Positions 60,627 through 64,000 of a stretch of 64,000 nt of DNA are shown piece by piece. Both the position numbers and the translations under genes were made by a program. Within the stretch, counting starts at the first letter, position 1, and each line of letters opens with the position of its first letter. Under the pieces are notes generated by a model. It searched no databases, was not told where the DNA came from, and saw nothing but the letters and a program-made list of their open reading frames with translations. This DNA is from Candidatus Altarchaeum sp. (GTDB lineage Archaea; Altiarchaeota; Altiarchaeia; Altiarchaeales; Altiarchaeaceae): assembly GCA_018260615.1 (NCBI GenBank), contig JAGWDQ010000053.1:10898-74897 (forward strand), in the 5' to 3' direction.

Positions 60627-61434
60627 TTTCTAAATAAGGGTTTAAGTATTTTTGTAATTCTGTATGGGATAAAACACAAATGCCTCTTGACTTGCTCAAC
60701 TTCTGCATGGTAGAAAGAATAAGTCGCACATTGATTTTCTCAATGTAGTTCACATTCTCAATAATATTTGAAAGGAAATCGTTAATCATTAGCGGAACGC
60801 TAATGATGCTGATAATTGTGTTGGTTCTTCCAACATTTTTTTTCGTTCTGTCGTCAAAATCGGGTTTAAAATTCGTGATGTGATATTTTACATCTTCGTT
60901 CCAACCGAGTAAATCAATGAAGTGCAAAAATTCTAACAATCCAATTTCATCTTTCTTGAACTTGTCTTTGAAGCCGTCTCTTAAAGCAAAGTCAAGTTTA
61001 GAAATGTAATCCAAAATTTCTTTTGAAGGAGCATATCTGATTTTCCCTTTTTTGATTTCCTGATGGTCAAGTAAAAAGCAGACACGATATATTAGCACCA
61101 AGACCTTTTTGAATGTCAGTTGATTGATGATTGAAATTTGTATAAGGTATTCCCAAACGATTTCAAAAGTGTAACCATCTGTTTCACTTTTGTTGTTGCT
61201 GCCAACATTTGGAAACATATCATGAATGTTGGGATTTGCCCGGATTGTTTCTTTTCCCGGTTTGAAAAAGTATGATTGTTTTCCATTTGGCAGATTTGAA
61301 ATCAGATGTTTTTTGGGTTTCACAATTGTCCCGCTTTCAAAAGCAATTGCCTCTGCAATTCTTGTTGCTCGTTTCAAAATAAAGTCGTCATTACTCCTAA
61401 ATATTTTTGTAGTTATTATATCCGGTTCAACCAT
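60598..61434 (-). CDS. Putative type II restriction endonuclease
   Basis: Overlaps the methyltransferase gene in an RM-like pair; no sequence family recognised. Confidence 0.55.
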   Translation of the reverse strand: MVEPDIITTKIFRSNDDFILKRATRIAEAIAFESGTIVKPKKHLISNLPNGKQSYFFKPGKETIRANPNIHDMFPNVGSNNKSETDGYTFEIVWEYLIQISIINQLTFKKVLVLIYRVCFLLDHQEIKKGKIRYAPSKEILDYISKLDFALRDGFKDKFKKDEIGLLEFLHFIDLLGWNEDVKYHITNFKPDFDDRTKKNVGRTNTIISIISVPLMINDFLSNIIENVNYIEKINVRLILSTMQKLSKSRGICVLSHTELQKYLNPYLENGTPKQFQK

Positions 61435-61827
61435 TTTGTTTCTTTAAAATTATCTGGTCAAATGTAGCCAAAAAAGTGTTTTATGCTCTTGATTTTATTT
61501 TAATTTTTTTAACAATTATGTATTTAAGTAAATTTTTTAAATTTTTAACAAATTATATCCTGCCGATAAAATTGTTATCCTTTCTTTTGCCACTCAACAT
61601 AAAAATTTCCCGTTCTTTGGTGCTGACCCACTAAAATTGGGATAATTAATGTTTGTCTATAAACTCACAATTTTTGTCATTTACGAATGAAATGAGTAAA
61701 TATCCGAACGGAGTGAGGTTAAAAACATAATGATTTACCTTGCTTAAAAAATATAATTTTTAAGCAGATTTTTAAAAAATCTCTCACAAAATAATTATCT
61801 CAATTTAAAGGGATGAGTTCCCGTTCT

Positions 61828-63633
61828 TTACTCATAAACGCTCCTCGTTGTTTCAATCGTCAGTCCGATTAAATCGCTCGCCTTTGTAATAAAATAAATT
61901 TTCCCGATTTTTTGAAGTTCTTCAACCGCCGGATTTTCTTTTGCCTGTCCCTCGTTATAAGCAGTACACATTATAACCAAAAAATTTTCCCTTGCCGCAT
62001 CTTTCAGATATTCAATCTCGTTCCAAAAATTTTGTATTTGCGTATCTGTGAGAATTATGATGAGTGCATTTTTTGCCTTTGAAATTTCCTCTATCGCCTT
62101 TCCGGGAATACATGTATATAATCCATAGTGATAAATTATGTGGTTTTCTATCTTTTCAGCATCATCAGTCCAGTCCTGCCGGATATATAGCGGCTTGTTG
62201 TCTTTTCCGGAAAAATTTATTACCGCAACCTTTGCACCTTTGTCAATTGCATATCGGTATGCTTTAAATGCGGCAAGTGTCGCGAAAAATGTCTTCGTTC
62301 CTCTTATATGTTCGCCCATAGAATACGAAGAATCAATAACGATGAGCAAATCAGGAACCTTCTTTTCTTTCGGAGTGATGTTTCCTTCTTCAAACTGTCT
62401 TTTAAAGGTAGTCAGTCCGGGAATCAGATAATTTGATAAAGAAAGGGAATATGTAAAATCCAGTTCGGATACAGGGTCTTCTATTCTCCATTTTGTCGGC
62501 GATATGGCATATTCCGTCTTATCAAATTTTTCTGTGTGCTGAATTTCTATTCCATACGCCTGATCTTTATACCACCTCTTAATACCTTCGCTCTCATCAT
62601 TCGTAATTCCCAATGCCTTCAGGACATCTCTGTATTCTTTAAGAGCATTCTTTTCGGCAATTTTTTGTAATGCGACATTGTCCTTCTTCTGTTGTATTTC
62701 TTCTAATGAGTGATAAAAATAATAGTCATAAATTTCATTTTCGGTTTGCCCTTCTTCATGAGCTCTTTGAGCGTTTTTCTTTCCCCCACCCCTGCCACTT
62801 TTTTTATTTTCACTCTCTTTCTTGCCGTCATCTCCGATTTTGCTGATCTTTGATGAAAGTTCTTTAAGAAACATTGGAAATATGCCTTTTTTTTCTTTTT
62901 TCTCTTTCTTTTCCTTTTCTTTTTTATTTGCCTCTTCATCCAAAAATTTTGCGATGTCCAGGGTTGTACGATAGCAGTAAGCATTCCATAAATTTCGATT
63001 GGAAAAATTTCTCATCTTGCCGAGCAAATCGCCTGCTTCCTTTATCTCTTCGGGAAATGAAAATTTAAACCGGTAATTCCATAAATTTCCCAAGGTCTGA
63101 ATAAGAATAAGATAAATTTTTGGTATTTGTGAGGTTGTGCTTTCATTCTTATCTTCATTTTGAATTTTTTGAAGTTTTAATTCGTGATAAGAAATATTTC
63201 TGTTCTTTTCATTTGCATTTTTTGCTTTTTCATATCTGAAATTTTCAGCAACCAAATCAGTGAAGAAATTTACCGCCAAATTTATTTCCTTAATATCAAC
63301 TTCATCGGAATTGTGATATTTTTGTAGTGCTTTTCTTGCAGATAATATTAACTCTCCGACTGTTTCAATTCTTCCCGGACAAAAAGTATAATGGCAAATT
63401 TCGTGTTCAAAAAAATTTTCAATAAAAATTTGTCGGTTTTCATAATCAGCTGGCAAATCAGCAATGTTGAATCCGATTTTGTAATTCTCCACAAAAACCC
63501 TGCCGACATTTTTTACCTCTCCGCTGCCTTCATCACTTATAATTATTGGTTCGGGAATCTGGGGATAATGCCATTTTTTTCTTAAATTTTTCCATATATT
63601 TTTTATTTCCGAATTTATGTTTAAATTTTCCAT
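61828..63633 (-). CDS. VWA-domain protein with N-terminal HExxH metallopeptidase-like region
   Basis: FEHEICHY; MIDAS DSSYS; ILTDTQI. Confidence 0.8.
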   Translation of the reverse strand: MENLNINSEIKNIWKNLRKKWHYPQIPEPIIISDEGSGEVKNVGRVFVENYKIGFNIADLPADYENRQIFIENFFEHEICHYTFCPGRIETVGELILSARKALQKYHNSDEVDIKEINLAVNFFTDLVAENFRYEKAKNANEKNRNISYHELKLQKIQNEDKNESTTSQIPKIYLILIQTLGNLWNYRFKFSFPEEIKEAGDLLGKMRNFSNRNLWNAYCYRTTLDIAKFLDEEANKKEKEKKEKKEKKGIFPMFLKELSSKISKIGDDGKKESENKKSGRGGGKKNAQRAHEEGQTENEIYDYYFYHSLEEIQQKKDNVALQKIAEKNALKEYRDVLKALGITNDESEGIKRWYKDQAYGIEIQHTEKFDKTEYAISPTKWRIEDPVSELDFTYSLSLSNYLIPGLTTFKRQFEEGNITPKEKKVPDLLIVIDSSYSMGEHIRGTKTFFATLAAFKAYRYAIDKGAKVAVINFSGKDNKPLYIRQDWTDDAEKIENHIIYHYGLYTCIPGKAIEEISKAKNALIIILTDTQIQNFWNEIEYLKDAARENFLVIMCTAYNEGQAKENPAVEELQKIGKIYFITKASDLIGLTIETTRSVYE

Positions 63634-63733
63634 ATATTTATTAATTATCTTTTCATCTTAATTTTATACACTCACTATTGTTCGTGTATTTTAAAATTTT
63701 TTAAATTTTAAAATGAACTAAATTTCATAAAAA

Positions 63734-64000
63734 TTTTTTATCGTACAGGAAAGTTCGTTTTATTATCCTCACACGGAGACACCGTCACCTCGCTCTTGCT
63801 CGGAGATTTTCAAAACTCCGCGTTTTGAAAAAGACACAAAGGAGAAATATACTGAAAATTCTTTGAGAATTTTCAATCTTTAAAAAATCTGTGAGATTTT
63901 TTAAATACTGAAACCTTCGGTTTCAATCTTTAAAAACATGTGAGGTTTTTAAATACTGAAAATTCTTTGAGAATTTTCAATCTTTAAAAATCTGCTGATT
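63734..64000. repeat. Mosaic repeat (33-bp motif, CTCACAC arm, nested hairpins), runs off the window end
   Basis: Same unit order as 5431-5920. Confidence 0.85.

Overview
AT-rich archaeal chromosomal window. Archaeal-type LeuRS, PheRS-alpha, aIF-2beta, aIF-1A, PAN, SRP54, type 2 IPP isomerase and PdaD establish the domain. Style and gene content fit an Altiarchaeota-like genome, which is my inference and not proven. Housekeeping genes (pyrI, dapA, leuS, lysC, fni, pheS, ribB, serB, srp54, topA, two tRNAs, SRP RNA) alternate with accessory material: three restriction-modification/nuclease loci, a HEPN-MNT pair, a decayed DDE insertion sequence, a broken TIR-like/TPR gene and a secreted M6 metalloprotease. 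Most notable: (1) A family of CTCACAC...GTGTGAG palindromic repeats occurs as empty and nested/mosaic copies, and one copy directly frames a GxxExxY nuclease gene. (2) A 1588-aa XPD-RQC-HRDC-RecQ-PRTase fusion is coupled to DprA. (3) Diverged copies of the first 24-31 codons of leuS, ribB and topA lie just upstream of the intact genes, and serB has a related displaced start. (4) An RM cassette is bracketed by direct repeats that include the 3' end of the neighbouring VWA gene. All calls come from motif recognition by eye; no database searches were run.
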